From Gemmatimonadales bacterium (GTDB lineage Bacteria > Gemmatimonadota > Gemmatimonadetes > Gemmatimonadales > GWC2-71-9): a stretch of DNA of 64,000 nt. The stretch spans positions 47,684 to 111,683 of the forward strand of contig JBFJCP010000011.1 of NCBI GenBank assembly GCA_041615815.1, in the 5' to 3' direction. The notes beneath the pieces are model-generated. The model had not been told where the DNA came from. It worked only from the letters and a program-made list of their open reading frames with translations, and did not search any database. Position numbers and translations under genes: made by a program. Positions 1 through 9,433 of this stretch are shown piece by piece (the stretch's first letter is position 1; each line of letters begins with the position of its first letter).

Positions 1-1
1 G

Positions 2-379
2 CAGCTCCCCACGACGTTCGTAGATGCGTGCGAGATTGACGTGCGGAAAGTGCGGGGCTTCGTATCGCGGGGCCTCGGTGGCTTGCTGCAGCCAGGCAAT
101 CGCTTCATCGTCGCGCCCCAACTGCATCAGGTACGCGCCAATGTCGTTGTACGGATTGCCAAACGTGGGGTCGACGACAATGGCACGCTTGCACTCGGCA
201 ATGGCCTCTTCATAGCGCCGCTGCATACTGTAGACCCATCCGAGGAACGTATGCGCTTCCGCGGTGGGCCGCGCGGCAATCGACGCTTGGTAAAGCCGGA
301 TGGCGTCGCCAAGATTGCCGGCTCGCTGGCACTCGTAGGCGCGCTGGAATAGCTTGAGCGCCTGCTCCGGGTCATTCAT
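2..379 (-). CDS. Tetratricopeptide repeat protein (runs off the left edge of the window)
   Basis: Manual translation from ATG at 379: MNDPEQALKLFQRAYECQRAGNLGDAIRLYQASIAARPTAEAHTFLGWVYSMQRRYEEAIAECKRAIVVDPTFGNPYNDIGAYL..., a TPR helical pattern. No stop within the window, so it is absent from the ORF track. Confidence 0.85.
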   Translation of the reverse strand, partial: MNDPEQALKLFQRAYECQRAGNLGDAIRLYQASIAARPTAEAHTFLGWVYSMQRRYEEAIAECKRAIVVDPTFGNPYNDIGAYLMQLGRDDEAIAWLQQATEAPRYEAPHFPHVNLARIYERRGEL

Positions 380-415
380 ACACTAACTAGAGAAACTACC
401 CTTCGCGCACGCCCC

Positions 416-2194
416 GTGAAGTCCCGCAACCTTTCTTGGGTCATCCTCGCGGCCGCAATCGCGCTGCTGGCGGTGGCGTACGATCTGGACGGCTATCCGC
501 TGCTGGACCCCGATGAGGGGCGAAACGCAGAGGTTGCCCGCGAGATGGCCGCCGGCAACGACTATGTCCTGCCTCGTCTCAATGGTCTCCCATATCTCGA
601 CAAACCAGCACTGTTCTTCGCCGTGGAAGCCGCGCTGATGGAGGTCATGGGACCGACGGTGCTCGCCGCGCGTCTCCCCTCCCTCATCTTCACGCTGGCC
701 ACCCTCATCGTCGTAGCCTGGTTCGGGAAGCGACATATTGGTCTCGACGGCGGCCTGGTAGCGGCCGTCGCGACGGCCACCACTCCATTTACGCTCGCGT
801 ACGCCCGCACGGTCATCTTCGACAGCACCCTGACGTTTTTCATGACGGTGGCGATCGTTGGCTTCTATGAAGCCGTCGGACGGATGGAAGGGCAGAAAGA
901 CGGAGAGCTGAAAGTGGGACGCGACGACCCTTCTGTCCCTCCCACCTTCCAACCGTCACCCGGAAATGAGGCGGGGAGTCGGGGAACCTACTGGTCCGCC
1001 ATCGCCTGGGCCGCGGTGGCGCTTGGCGTTCTGACCAAGGGTCCCGTGGCCCTGGCGTTACCTCTGATGATCGGATTGCCATTCGCGATCTCACGACGGG
1101 CGTCCCGAGCCGTCGCCGACCCCATCGGCATCCTGCTGTTCGCCGTCATCCTGATGCCATGGCTCATCGCCATGTCCCGGCGCATCCCTGAATTTCTCGA
1201 GTATGCCCTCGTCACGGAAACGTTGGTGCGTCTCACGACACCCGCACTCGGGCGAAGTGAGCCGTGGTGGTATTTCCTCCTGATTCTTCCCGCCGCCGCG
1301 CTTCCATGGACCGTAGTCGTGCTGAGCGGATGGCGAGCGATCCGCGATCGCATAAAGCAACGGGATGCCCTCGTCACACTGCTCACGATCTGGATCGCGG
1401 TACCCCTGATCTTTTTCTCTCTGTCGAATTCGAAACGCCCGCAGTACATCCTGCCGCTGATTCCAGCCATCGGGTTGCTGGTTGGGCTCCTCGCTGCCAA
1501 ACACAAGGGCCGTTTCCCGGGGGCGCGTGCCGCCGGAGCCTTCTTGTGCGTGCTCGGCGCCGGACTGATTGGCGCGCACCGGTGGATCCCCGCAATGGTC
1601 GCGGCTACCCCCGCAATCGCCACCACCATCCCGCAGACGGCCGTAGCGCTCGGACTCATCTGCGTGGCCTGTGGGACGGGGGCGTGGTGGTTCGCAGCCG
1701 AGCGCATGCGAGTAGTCCTCATCCTGTGTCTTCCCGTAGCGTGCATTCCTTTTATCAGTCGCGCCTTGATGGACGAAATCGGTGTGGAGCGATCAGCGCA
1801 GCCAGTGGCCGAGGCCGTCGGTCCACTCGTCACACCCGCCAGCGAAATCGTCGCGATCGAAGCCTTTCCTCTCTCTCTCCCCTTTTATCTGCGCCGCACA
1901 CTCACCGTGGCCACTCACGATGCCCGTGTCATGACGAGTAATTACCTCATGCGCCATCACGAGCGGTGGAGACGCGAGTCCGGCACGACCCTGCGCCCGG
2001 GAGACTGGTGGTTGGAGGCGCTCGCTGAGTGCCCCCGACCCACACTCTTCATCGTTCAGAGTGCTGACCGCCGAGCCCGGCCCTTGCTGGACAGTCGGCT
2101 CGAGCTGCTGATCGACACGGGCCGATACGCCGCCTACGGACCGTGCGGGTCCAGCGGCCTCGCGTCTCGACCGCCGCTCCCTGGAATCGAGTAA
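416..2194 (+). CDS. ArnT/PMT-like glycosyltransferase family 39 (GT-C) membrane protein
   Basis: DPDEGRNAEVAREM, YLDKPAL, LTKGPVAL and SKRPQYILP motifs; many TM helices. Confidence 0.9.
   Translation: MKSRNLSWVILAAAIALLAVAYDLDGYPLLDPDEGRNAEVAREMAAGNDYVLPRLNGLPYLDKPALFFAVEAALMEVMGPTVLAARLPSLIFTLATLIVVAWFGKRHIGLDGGLVAAVATATTPFTLAYARTVIFDSTLTFFMTVAIVGFYEAVGRMEGQKDGELKVGRDDPSVPPTFQPSPGNEAGSRGTYWSAIAWAAVALGVLTKGPVALALPLMIGLPFAISRRASRAVADPIGILLFAVILMPWLIAMSRRIPEFLEYALVTETLVRLTTPALGRSEPWWYFLLILPAAALPWTVVVLSGWRAIRDRIKQRDALVTLLTIWIAVPLIFFSLSNSKRPQYILPLIPAIGLLVGLLAAKHKGRFPGARAAGAFLCVLGAGLIGAHRWIPAMVAATPAIATTIPQTAVALGLICVACGTGAWWFAAERMRVVLILCLPVACIPFISRALMDEIGVERSAQPVAEAVGPLVTPASEIVAIEAFPLSLPFYLRRTLTVATHDARVMTSNYLMRHHERWRRESGTTLRPGDWWLEALAECPRPTLFIVQSADRRARPLLDSRLELLIDTGRYAAYGPCGSSGLASRPPLPGIE
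879..957. repeat. Imperfect palindrome of 8-mer tandem units inside the ArnT-like CDS
   Basis: Left arm gacggatggaagggcagaaagacggagag; right arm cccttctgtccctcccaccttccaaccgtc. Units approximate CGGAAGGN / CCTTCCGN. Confidence 0.65.
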
Positions 2195-4047
2195 TGTGCG
2201 GAATCTTTGGCGCCGTTCGGGTCGACTCCCACCCGCTCTGCGATCCCACGCTGGTCTCTCAGATGGGTGTCACCGTCAAGCATCGGGGCCCCGATGGGCA
2301 GGGTCTGTTCGAGAGTCAAACGGCGATCCTCGGCGCCACGCGACTGCGGGTCCGCGACCTGAGGGCAGCGGGAGACCAGCCATTCTCGGATCCGACGGGA
2401 CGGTATTGGCTCGCGTGTAACGGAGAGATCTACGACGCGGCCCGCTGGCGAGCTCGGTATCCCGACTACCCGTATCGTACACGATCGGATATCGAGCCCC
2501 TGCTCGCGGCGATCCACCATCGGGGCCTGAGAGTCCTGACGGACATCGACGGCATGTTCGCCATCGCCCTTTGGGATCGGCACGAGGAACGCCTCACGCT
2601 CGTCCGAGACCGAGCCGGCGAGAAGCCTCTCTTCTACGCGCAGCTTGGAGGCGAAGTCTGGTTCGCCTCCGAGATCCAGGCACTCCTCCGGCACCCCCGA
2701 GTCTCGCACGAGCTCGATCCGGCGGGCCTCGATGACTTGTTCACCATCGGGTACATCCTCGAGCCCCGCTCACCCTTCACCGCCATCCGGAGAATCCCCG
2801 CGGGTACCATCGTCAACTTCGCTGCTGCGGGAATCGAAGAAATCCGGTTCTGGAATCCGGTGGCTCAGGCAAAGGCTCCGGAGCGAAGGCGAGACCCGAT
2901 ACGGCAGCTCGACCGTCTGCTCCAGCGAGCCGTCGCCCGACAGCTCGTGGCGGACGTCCCGATGGGGGTATTCGTCAGCGGTGGGGTCGACTCGTCGCTG
3001 TTGGCAGCCATGGCGGTGAAGACCCTGGGTCCTTCGCGAGTCGCCATGTTTTCGGTGGGATTCTCCGCAAAATCGTTTGACGAAAGTGCGCATGCCCAGC
3101 GGCTCAGCCGGCATCTCGGCACGACGTGCCACGTGGTGCGGGCCGATGAAGACGACCTCCGCACCGCGTTGGACGCGGTGACGGCATCGGTGGCGGAGCC
3201 CATCACCGATCCTGCCGTCCTGCCAACGTTTCTCTTGGCGCGAATGGCGCGCCACCACGTGACTACCGTGCTCAGCGGTGAGGGAGCGGATGAGCTATTC
3301 GGAGGCTATCCCACCTATTTGGGACATCGCTACGGCGCGCGGTACGCCGCGGCGCCTCCCCTCTTGCGGCAAGCACTCACACAGGTGAGCAAACTCTTGC
3401 CGGTGTCGCACGGCAAGGTACCGGTCAGTTGGATGTTACGACGCTTTCTCGCCGCTGACGCCCAACCCTGGCACGAGCGGCACGTCACCTGGTTCGGAAC
3501 CGGGCTCCGGACCAGTCAGGAGATCGGGCTCTGGCTTCAGCGGCGCGCCCGATTCTGGGAAGGGCTGCCCGACGACCCCGTCTCGGCGGCCACGCTCTTC
3601 GACTACCAGACGTACCTTCGGGATGGTTTACTGGTGAAATTGGATCGAGCGACCATGCTCAATTCGCTCGAGGCTCGAGCTCCATATCTGGATCGGTCGG
3701 TCACGCGGTTCGCGCTGGGATTGCCGTCGGAGCTCAAGGTCCGGAGCCTGACAACCAAGTGGCTTCTCAAGCAGGTTGCCAGTCGGTGGTTACCGGCTCG
3801 CCATGTACACCGGCGGAAGCGGGGATTGAGTGTTCCCATAAGCAGTTGGTTGAACGGAGGCCTCCGTGGAGAGGTCGATCGATTGCTGGCGCCAACGCAG
3901 CTCCCGGAAGCAAGTGGCTTGCGGCCGGAGCGGATCGCCGCCCTGGTGAGCCAGCACCGGCGCGCCGAGGCCGATCACGGCCGTGCCCTGTGGACCCTTT
4001 TGATCTTTCAACGCTGGTGCGAACGGTGGCTGGGAGGCCAACCATGA
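2194..4047 (+). CDS. asnB: Asparagine synthase (glutamine-hydrolysing) family amidotransferase
   Basis: N-terminal MCGI nucleophile; HRGPD, NGEIY, RDRAGEKPLFY, SGGVDSS and LSGEGADELFGGY motifs; TAATG overlap with the upstream stop. Confidence 0.92.
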   Translation: MCGIFGAVRVDSHPLCDPTLVSQMGVTVKHRGPDGQGLFESQTAILGATRLRVRDLRAAGDQPFSDPTGRYWLACNGEIYDAARWRARYPDYPYRTRSDIEPLLAAIHHRGLRVLTDIDGMFAIALWDRHEERLTLVRDRAGEKPLFYAQLGGEVWFASEIQALLRHPRVSHELDPAGLDDLFTIGYILEPRSPFTAIRRIPAGTIVNFAAAGIEEIRFWNPVAQAKAPERRRDPIRQLDRLLQRAVARQLVADVPMGVFVSGGVDSSLLAAMAVKTLGPSRVAMFSVGFSAKSFDESAHAQRLSRHLGTTCHVVRADEDDLRTALDAVTASVAEPITDPAVLPTFLLARMARHHVTTVLSGEGADELFGGYPTYLGHRYGARYAAAPPLLRQALTQVSKLLPVSHGKVPVSWMLRRFLAADAQPWHERHVTWFGTGLRTSQEIGLWLQRRARFWEGLPDDPVSAATLFDYQTYLRDGLLVKLDRATMLNSLEARAPYLDRSVTRFALGLPSELKVRSLTTKWLLKQVASRWLPARHVHRRKRGLSVPISSWLNGGLRGEVDRLLAPTQLPEASGLRPERIAALVSQHRRAEADHGRALWTLLIFQRWCERWLGGQP

Positions 4048-4613
4048 ATCGCGACGAAGCTCTGACGCTCATGCACGAGTACACCGAATCCGACGCGCTG
4101 CGAAAACACATGTACGCGGTGGAAGCGGCCATGCGCGCGTATGCGGAGAAGTACGAGCAGGACGAAGAGACGTGGGGCGTGGTAGGTCTGCTGCACGACT
4201 TCGATTACGAGCGGTATCCCAATCAGGAGCATGACCCGACGGAGGGCCATCCGTCGTTTGGTGTCCGCCTGCTCCGAGAACGGGGAGTACCCGAGCCAAT
4301 GTGCGAAGCGATTCTGGGACATGCCAGCTACACCGGGATACCACGGGAATCGCTCCTGGCCAAAACGCTGTTTGCCGTAGACGAGCTGTGCGGTTTCCTG
4401 GTAGCCTGCGCACTCGTCCGCCCATCCAAGAGTCTGCAAGACCTCGGGGTCAAAAGCGTAAAAAAGAAACTCAAGGACAAGGCCTTCGCGCGCGGTGTCA
4501 ATCGCCAGGAGGTGCTCGAAGGAGCCGAGGAACTAGGCGTGCCGCTGGACCAGCACATTCAGTTTGTCATCCAGGCCTTGCGACCGGTGGAAGGGGAGCT
4601 CGGGCTGGGCTGA
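4044..4613 (+). CDS. HDIG/HD-domain metal-dependent phosphohydrolase
   Basis: LRKH, GLLHDFDYE, ILGHA and AVDELCGF motifs; ATGA overlap. Confidence 0.88.
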   Translation: MNRDEALTLMHEYTESDALRKHMYAVEAAMRAYAEKYEQDEETWGVVGLLHDFDYERYPNQEHDPTEGHPSFGVRLLRERGVPEPMCEAILGHASYTGIPRESLLAKTLFAVDELCGFLVACALVRPSKSLQDLGVKSVKKKLKDKAFARGVNRQEVLEGAEELGVPLDQHIQFVIQALRPVEGELGLG

Positions 4614-4615
4614 TC

Positions 4616-6025
4616 GTGCATAACAACGCGGGGACGAGTCTACCGGGCGACCGCGGGCCGGTTCAGCGAGCGCTCGATCGTACCTCCGGGGGCCGCAACA
4701 TCCCCGGGAATCGAATCACGCACCTCGCCGACGGGCCCGAGACGTTGGCGCAGATGGTACAGTTCATCGAGAGCGCCAGCCGGTGGGTTCACTTTGAGAA
4801 TTACATCATCCGCAGTGATCGCACTGGACACACATTCGGGGATGCGTTTATCGACGCTGCCAATCGGGGTGTGGCGGTTCATGTCTTGTACGACCCCCTG
4901 GGATCACGGGGGACGAGCCGCGGATTCTGGAAGCGCCTGCGCAAGGCAGGCGTGAAGGTCCGACCGTTCAACCGTCTCAATCCGTTCCGTCCGATCCGCT
5001 CGGTCCGGCGAAATCACCGAAAACTCGTGTCGGTGGACGGACAACGAGCCGTGGTGGGCGGTCTTTGTATCGGTGACGAATGGGCCGGCCGTCCCACCCG
5101 CGGGATCCCGCCGTGGCGGGATACCGCGGTGGCGCTCGAGGGTCCCGTGGTGCCGGCCCTCGACGCCACGTTCGCCCGGCGGTGGGGGCAGACAGGCGGC
5201 CCGCTCCCCGAGGGAGCGGGCACCGGCGCCGGTCCATGCGGGCCCGCCGCCGCTCGAGTTGTCGACGGCATTCCGGGGAAACTGCGCCTGTTTCGCACGC
5301 TCGAGCTGTTGATCGCCGGTGTCGCGGACCGCCTTTGGATCACGGACGCTTATCTTGTTGCTCCCAGCCCGCTCTACGCTGGCCTTCTGGCCGCTGCGCG
5401 CGACGGCGTGGACGTACGACTGTTGGTTCCGGGCCGCACCGACATCCCCGCCATCCGCGCCCTGACACGCGTGGGATACCGCGAGCTGCTCGAAGGCGGG
5501 GTGCGGATCTGGGAATCCCACGGACCGATGCTGCATGCCAAGACCGTCGTCGTGGATGGCACGTGGTTCAAGGTGGGGTCCACCAATCTCAATCCATCCA
5601 GTTTCCTGAGCAATCACGAGCTCGATCTGCTGATCGAAGACTCGGAAGTCACCACCGCCGCGGCCCAGCAATTCCGACGGGATCTGGCCGACGCCGCAGA
5701 GATCGTTTTGCGAATGCGCCGCGGACCCGCGCGCATCACTCACCGCCTACCACCCACCCTGGAGCCGGCGGACGACGCGCCGCCGGTCCGCGGACCTGCT
5801 ACTGGCCGAGAGCTCACCCGTCGGGCCGTCATGACCCTGGGCCAGGTCGCCGATGGCGCCCGGCGCTCCATCGGGGGGGCGTTGGTCTTCGCCTCGGTGG
5901 GGACCGGCGTACTGTTCGCTGCGCTGCCGCGCGTGATGGGCTACGCCATCGCGGTGATCTCTTTTGCGCTGGGGGCCGGAGCGGCGTGGAATTTTTTCCG
6001 GCGTCGGGCGTATCGTCGCAGCTGA
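4616..6025 (+). CDS. Phospholipase D family, cardiolipin-synthase-like, with a C-terminal TM hairpin
   Basis: Two HKD motifs (NHRKLVSVD, LHAKTVVVD), WRDT and GSTN. GTG start 2 nt after the upstream stop (start inferred). Confidence 0.88.
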   Translation: MHNNAGTSLPGDRGPVQRALDRTSGGRNIPGNRITHLADGPETLAQMVQFIESASRWVHFENYIIRSDRTGHTFGDAFIDAANRGVAVHVLYDPLGSRGTSRGFWKRLRKAGVKVRPFNRLNPFRPIRSVRRNHRKLVSVDGQRAVVGGLCIGDEWAGRPTRGIPPWRDTAVALEGPVVPALDATFARRWGQTGGPLPEGAGTGAGPCGPAAARVVDGIPGKLRLFRTLELLIAGVADRLWITDAYLVAPSPLYAGLLAAARDGVDVRLLVPGRTDIPAIRALTRVGYRELLEGGVRIWESHGPMLHAKTVVVDGTWFKVGSTNLNPSSFLSNHELDLLIEDSEVTTAAAQQFRRDLADAAEIVLRMRRGPARITHRLPPTLEPADDAPPVRGPATGRELTRRAVMTLGQVADGARRSIGGALVFASVGTGVLFAALPRVMGYAIAVISFALGAGAAWNFFRRRAYRRS

Positions 6026-6046
6026 TCTCAACGTTTCCTGGAGCCC

Positions 6047-6613
6047 GTGCGTAAGAATCGTATGGAGGATGGGGAGCTCGCCGCGCTGGCCCAGGCGGGC
6101 GACCGAGAGGCATTCGGTGAGTTGGTGCACCGGTATGCCGCCCCCGCCCGCCGTCTGACGCGCGCGGTCCTCCGGAACGACGCGGATGCGGACGACGCGG
6201 CGCAAGACGGGTTTCTCGCAGCACTCCGGACGATCGGCCGCTACGATCCCACGCGCCCATTCGGACCGTGGCTCATGCGAATCGTCGCCAACGCGGCGGC
6301 GGATCGCCGTCGGCGGCGACGAGTGCGCGAAACCGAGGCGCTGACCCCGAGCCTCGCCTCGCCGGCTGCGTCGCCGGACGAAGAGGCTCACCGGGAGGGG
6401 CTGAGGAGCGCGCTGCGGGAGGCCCTGGCCACGCTGCCGGAGCGTCAGCGGCTCGCGATCGTGTTCTTCGACGTCGAGGGGTACAGCCATGCGGAGATCG
6501 CAGAAGTGCTTGGTGTACCGGCCGGGACCGTGCGATCCGACGTGTTTCATGCCCGCCGAGCGTTACGACCGGCGCTCGAAGCGTGGCGAAATCGGACCGA
6601 GGAGGCCACATGA
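6047..6613 (+). CDS. ECF-type RNA polymerase sigma-70 factor
   Basis: GDREAFGELV, ADDAAQDGF and WLMRIVAN region 2; LPERQR...GYSHAEIAEVLGVPAGTVRS region 4. Alternative ATG start at 6062. Confidence 0.93.
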   Translation: MRKNRMEDGELAALAQAGDREAFGELVHRYAAPARRLTRAVLRNDADADDAAQDGFLAALRTIGRYDPTRPFGPWLMRIVANAAADRRRRRRVRETEALTPSLASPAASPDEEAHREGLRSALREALATLPERQRLAIVFFDVEGYSHAEIAEVLGVPAGTVRSDVFHARRALRPALEAWRNRTEEAT

Positions 6614-6972
6614 ATGATCGGTCTGCATTCGATCATCGGCCCGACCCTGAGTTGGGGCCTGCGCTTCGGGCGCTGCTGACCGCCGAGGACGACGCGGCCT
6701 TCGTGTCGAGGGTCGTAGAGGCGGCCGCGCTCCAGGAGAGCGGCCGCTGGTGGGAAGTCCTCGGGTCCTGGGCTGCACCGGGCTTCGCCGCCGCCCTTGT
6801 CCTGGCGGCCGTCTCCGCCTGGTTTGCCGTCACGGCTGGTGCCAACGGTGACTCGCCTTTGGGTGATCCCTTGGCCGCCGCCAGTGAGGCCGCGGCCGTC
6901 CCGGCGTACCTCATATCGGCTGACGTCCCCGATGTCGACGCCGTGATGACCGCCCTCTTCGAAGATCAGTAA
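6610..6972 (+). CDS. Putative single-TM anti-sigma factor
   Basis: ATGA-coupled to the ECF sigma, GGAGG SD; short N-domain followed by a hydrophobic helix (GFAAALVLAAVSAWFAV). Confidence 0.65.
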   Translation: MNDRSAFDHRPDPELGPALRALLTAEDDAAFVSRVVEAAALQESGRWWEVLGSWAAPGFAAALVLAAVSAWFAVTAGANGDSPLGDPLAAASEAAAVPAYLISADVPDVDAVMTALFEDQ

Positions 6973-7009
6973 AAAAACCGAATAGCAACGCTGGAAGGGA
7001 AGCGATAGC

Positions 7010-7408
7010 ATGTTGAATCGATCCAAGCTGTGGGCTGCCGCGCTGCTCTTCGCCGTATTCGCGGCGGGAATCGCCGTCGGCGGGGCCGCATCGGCTGCGT
7101 GGGGAGACCCCCGAGGCAGTGAGGCCACCGATGGCCGGCGGGGGCGCTACGCGGAGCGGTTGCAGCAAGAGCTGGCACTGAGCCAGGAGCAGCGCGACTC
7201 GGTGGATGCCATTCTCGCGCGGCGCAAGGCCGCCATGCGCGCACTCTGGAGCGAGATGGAGCCTCGCTTCGACTCCCTCCGCACCGCCATTCGCGCCGAG
7301 ATCGCGACGCTGCTCGATGCCGAGCAGACCGAAGCATACCGGGCCCTCATCGCCCGAAGCGACAGCGCGCATGCCCATCGGCATCACCGGGGGCGCAATG
7401 GTCGCTAG
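7010..7408 (+). CDS. Exported helical Spy/CpxP/heavy-metal-sensor-like protein with a His-rich tail
   Basis: N-terminal hydrophobic segment; LALSQEQ and LLDAEQ (LTxxQ-like) motifs; C-terminal HAHRHHR. Confidence 0.65.
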   Translation: MLNRSKLWAAALLFAVFAAGIAVGGAASAAWGDPRGSEATDGRRGRYAERLQQELALSQEQRDSVDAILARRKAAMRALWSEMEPRFDSLRTAIRAEIATLLDAEQTEAYRALIARSDSAHAHRHHRGRNGR

Positions 7409-8690
7409 GCAATGGCTCGCAGCCGTGCTGTGCGCTGGAGCGCTCGCCGTCGCATCGGAGACGCTTCACGCTCAAGCGGAGACCGTGAGCCTCGACGATG
7501 CTGTAACAGCGGCCCTCCGTGCGCACCCGCAGGTGGTGCAGGCACGTGGCCAGCTGGACATTGCGGCCGCCTCTCGCCGATCTGCGGTGGGCGCCTGGCT
7601 GCCCACGATCAACGGGACCTCCGGGTGGAGCCGCAACTCATCCAGCCGGTTCGACCCCAACACGCAACGGACCGTCAGCAGCGGGGCGGGTTCGACCTAT
7701 TCCGCGGGATTCGACGCCCGGATGGAGCTGTTCGACGGGCTTCGACGAGTGGCCGACAATCGTGCCGCCAATGCCGATGTGGCCAGCGCCGACGCGGGGC
7801 TGATCAATCAGGAGTTTCAGGTCACACTGCAAACGAAGCAGGCCTTTTTCACCGCGCTCGCCGCCGATGAGCTGGTCCGAGTGGCCGAGACGCGCATCCA
7901 ACGGGCGGAGGAGCAACTCAAGATCTCCATGGACAAGTTGGCGGCCGGGAGCGCCACCCGGTCCGATACGCTCCGCGGCCGGGTCGAGCTGGGAAACGCA
8001 CAGCTGCAACTCCTCAATGCTCAGACGCAGCGGGCCACCGCGGAAGCCGACCTCGCCCGGTTGATGGGCAGGGACGGCCCCGTCCGCGCGGCGAGCGACC
8101 CCACGTTGTTCGACCGGGTATCGTTGGACACCGCTCAGCTGCGAGAAGAGGCGCTGGTCCAATCGCCCTCGATCGGTCAGGCGCTCGCCGACGCCCGGGC
8201 CGCAGACGCTCAGGTAGCGGCCTCCCGAGCGCAGTACTTCCCATCGGTCTCGGCATCGTTCTCGAACTCCTGGACAGGTGCAGCTCTCGACCAGCTCGGC
8301 AACACCTGGTCCGTTCGGGTGAACCTCTCGTGGCCGCTGTTCAACGGGTTCACACGGGAGACGAATCTCGCCCGCGCCTCGGCGAGTCAGGATGCCGCTC
8401 GTGCGCAAGCGGAGGACGCACGCCGGCAGGTGAATGCGGACCTCACCCAGTACCTTTCCGCCGTGGCTTCGGCCCAGGCGCGAGTCGAGATCGCCCAGGC
8501 CAGCCGCGCCGCTGCCGACGAAGATCTTCGGGTTCTCAGAGAGCGGTACCGTCTCGGCGCCGCCACGATCCTCGACGTCCTTACCTCACAGGTCAACCTG
8601 GATCAGGCAGAGGTCGACATGGTCCAAGCGCGCCTCGATTATCTGGTAGCAAAGGCACAGATCGAGGCCTTGGTCGGGAGAGAGTTATGA
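7398..8690 (+). CDS. TolC family outer-membrane efflux protein
   Basis: Signal peptide; two OEP repeats (WLPTING...ELFDG, YFPSVS...PLFNG); [13 protein letters not shown]. Confidence 0.92.
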   Translation: MVARQWLAAVLCAGALAVASETLHAQAETVSLDDAVTAALRAHPQVVQARGQLDIAAASRRSAVGAWLPTINGTSGWSRNSSSRFDPNTQRTVSSGAGSTYSAGFDARMELFDGLRRVADNRAANADVASADAGLINQEFQVTLQTKQAFFTALAADELVRVAETRIQRAEEQLKISMDKLAAGSATRSDTLRGRVELGNAQLQLLNAQTQRATAEADLARLMGRDGPVRAASDPTLFDRVSLDTAQLREEALVQSPSIGQALADARAADAQVAASRAQYFPSVSASFSNSWTGAALDQLGNTWSVRVNLSWPLFNGFTRETNLARASASQDAARAQAEDARRQVNADLTQYLSAVASAQARVEIAQASRAAADEDLRVLRERYRLGAATILDVLTSQVNLDQAEVDMVQARLDYLVAKAQIEALVGREL

Positions 8691-9433
8691 CGAGCGCCGC
8701 CGAAATGGATTTTCGAACCGGTGATATCCCAACGCCGGACATCATCATCCTCACCCATAAGCTCTCACGGGATTACGAGCTCGGGGCGGAGGTGGTGCAC
8801 GCGCTGCGTGACGTGGACCTCCAGATCCGGAGGAACGAGTTCGTGGCCATCATGGGGCCATCCGGATCCGGCAAGTCGACACTCATGAATTTGCTCGGCT
8901 GCCTCGATACCCCTACGGGTGGTGAGTACTGGCTCAACAGTCAAAAGGTCAGCGAACTCGATGACGATGAATTGGCCCGTATCCGAAACAAGGAAATCGG
9001 ATTTGTATTCCAGACATTCAATCTCCTCCCCCGCGCCACGGCGCTCCACAATGTGGAATTACCGTTGATCTATGCGGGGATCCCCGCCAAACAGCGGCGA
9101 GAGCGGGCCGCCGATGCCCTGAACCGGGTTGGGCTTGGCGACCGAATGGAGCACCGCCCCAACGAACTGTCCGGCGGTCAGCGGCAACGGGTCGCCATTG
9201 CCCGGGCGCTGGTGAACAACCCCAGCATCCTCCTGGCAGACGAACCCACTGGAAACTTGGACAGCGTCACCAGCCAAGAGATCATGGAGGTGTTCGAGGC
9301 GCTCCACGGTCACGGACACACGATCATTCTGATCACGCACGAGCACGACATTGCTACCCACTCCCAACGCCAGGTTCACCTGCTGGACGGCAGGATCGAA
9401 CGAGACATCTCTACTGCGAGCATCCAGGCATGA
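8687..9433 (+). CDS. ABC transporter ATP-binding protein (MacB/LolD type)
   Basis: GPSGSGKST Walker [32 protein letters not shown]. Confidence 0.95.
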   Translation: MTSAAEMDFRTGDIPTPDIIILTHKLSRDYELGAEVVHALRDVDLQIRRNEFVAIMGPSGSGKSTLMNLLGCLDTPTGGEYWLNSQKVSELDDDELARIRNKEIGFVFQTFNLLPRATALHNVELPLIYAGIPAKQRRERAADALNRVGLGDRMEHRPNELSGGQRQRVAIARALVNNPSILLADEPTGNLDSVTSQEIMEVFEALHGHGHTIILITHEHDIATHSQRQVHLLDGRIERDISTASIQA

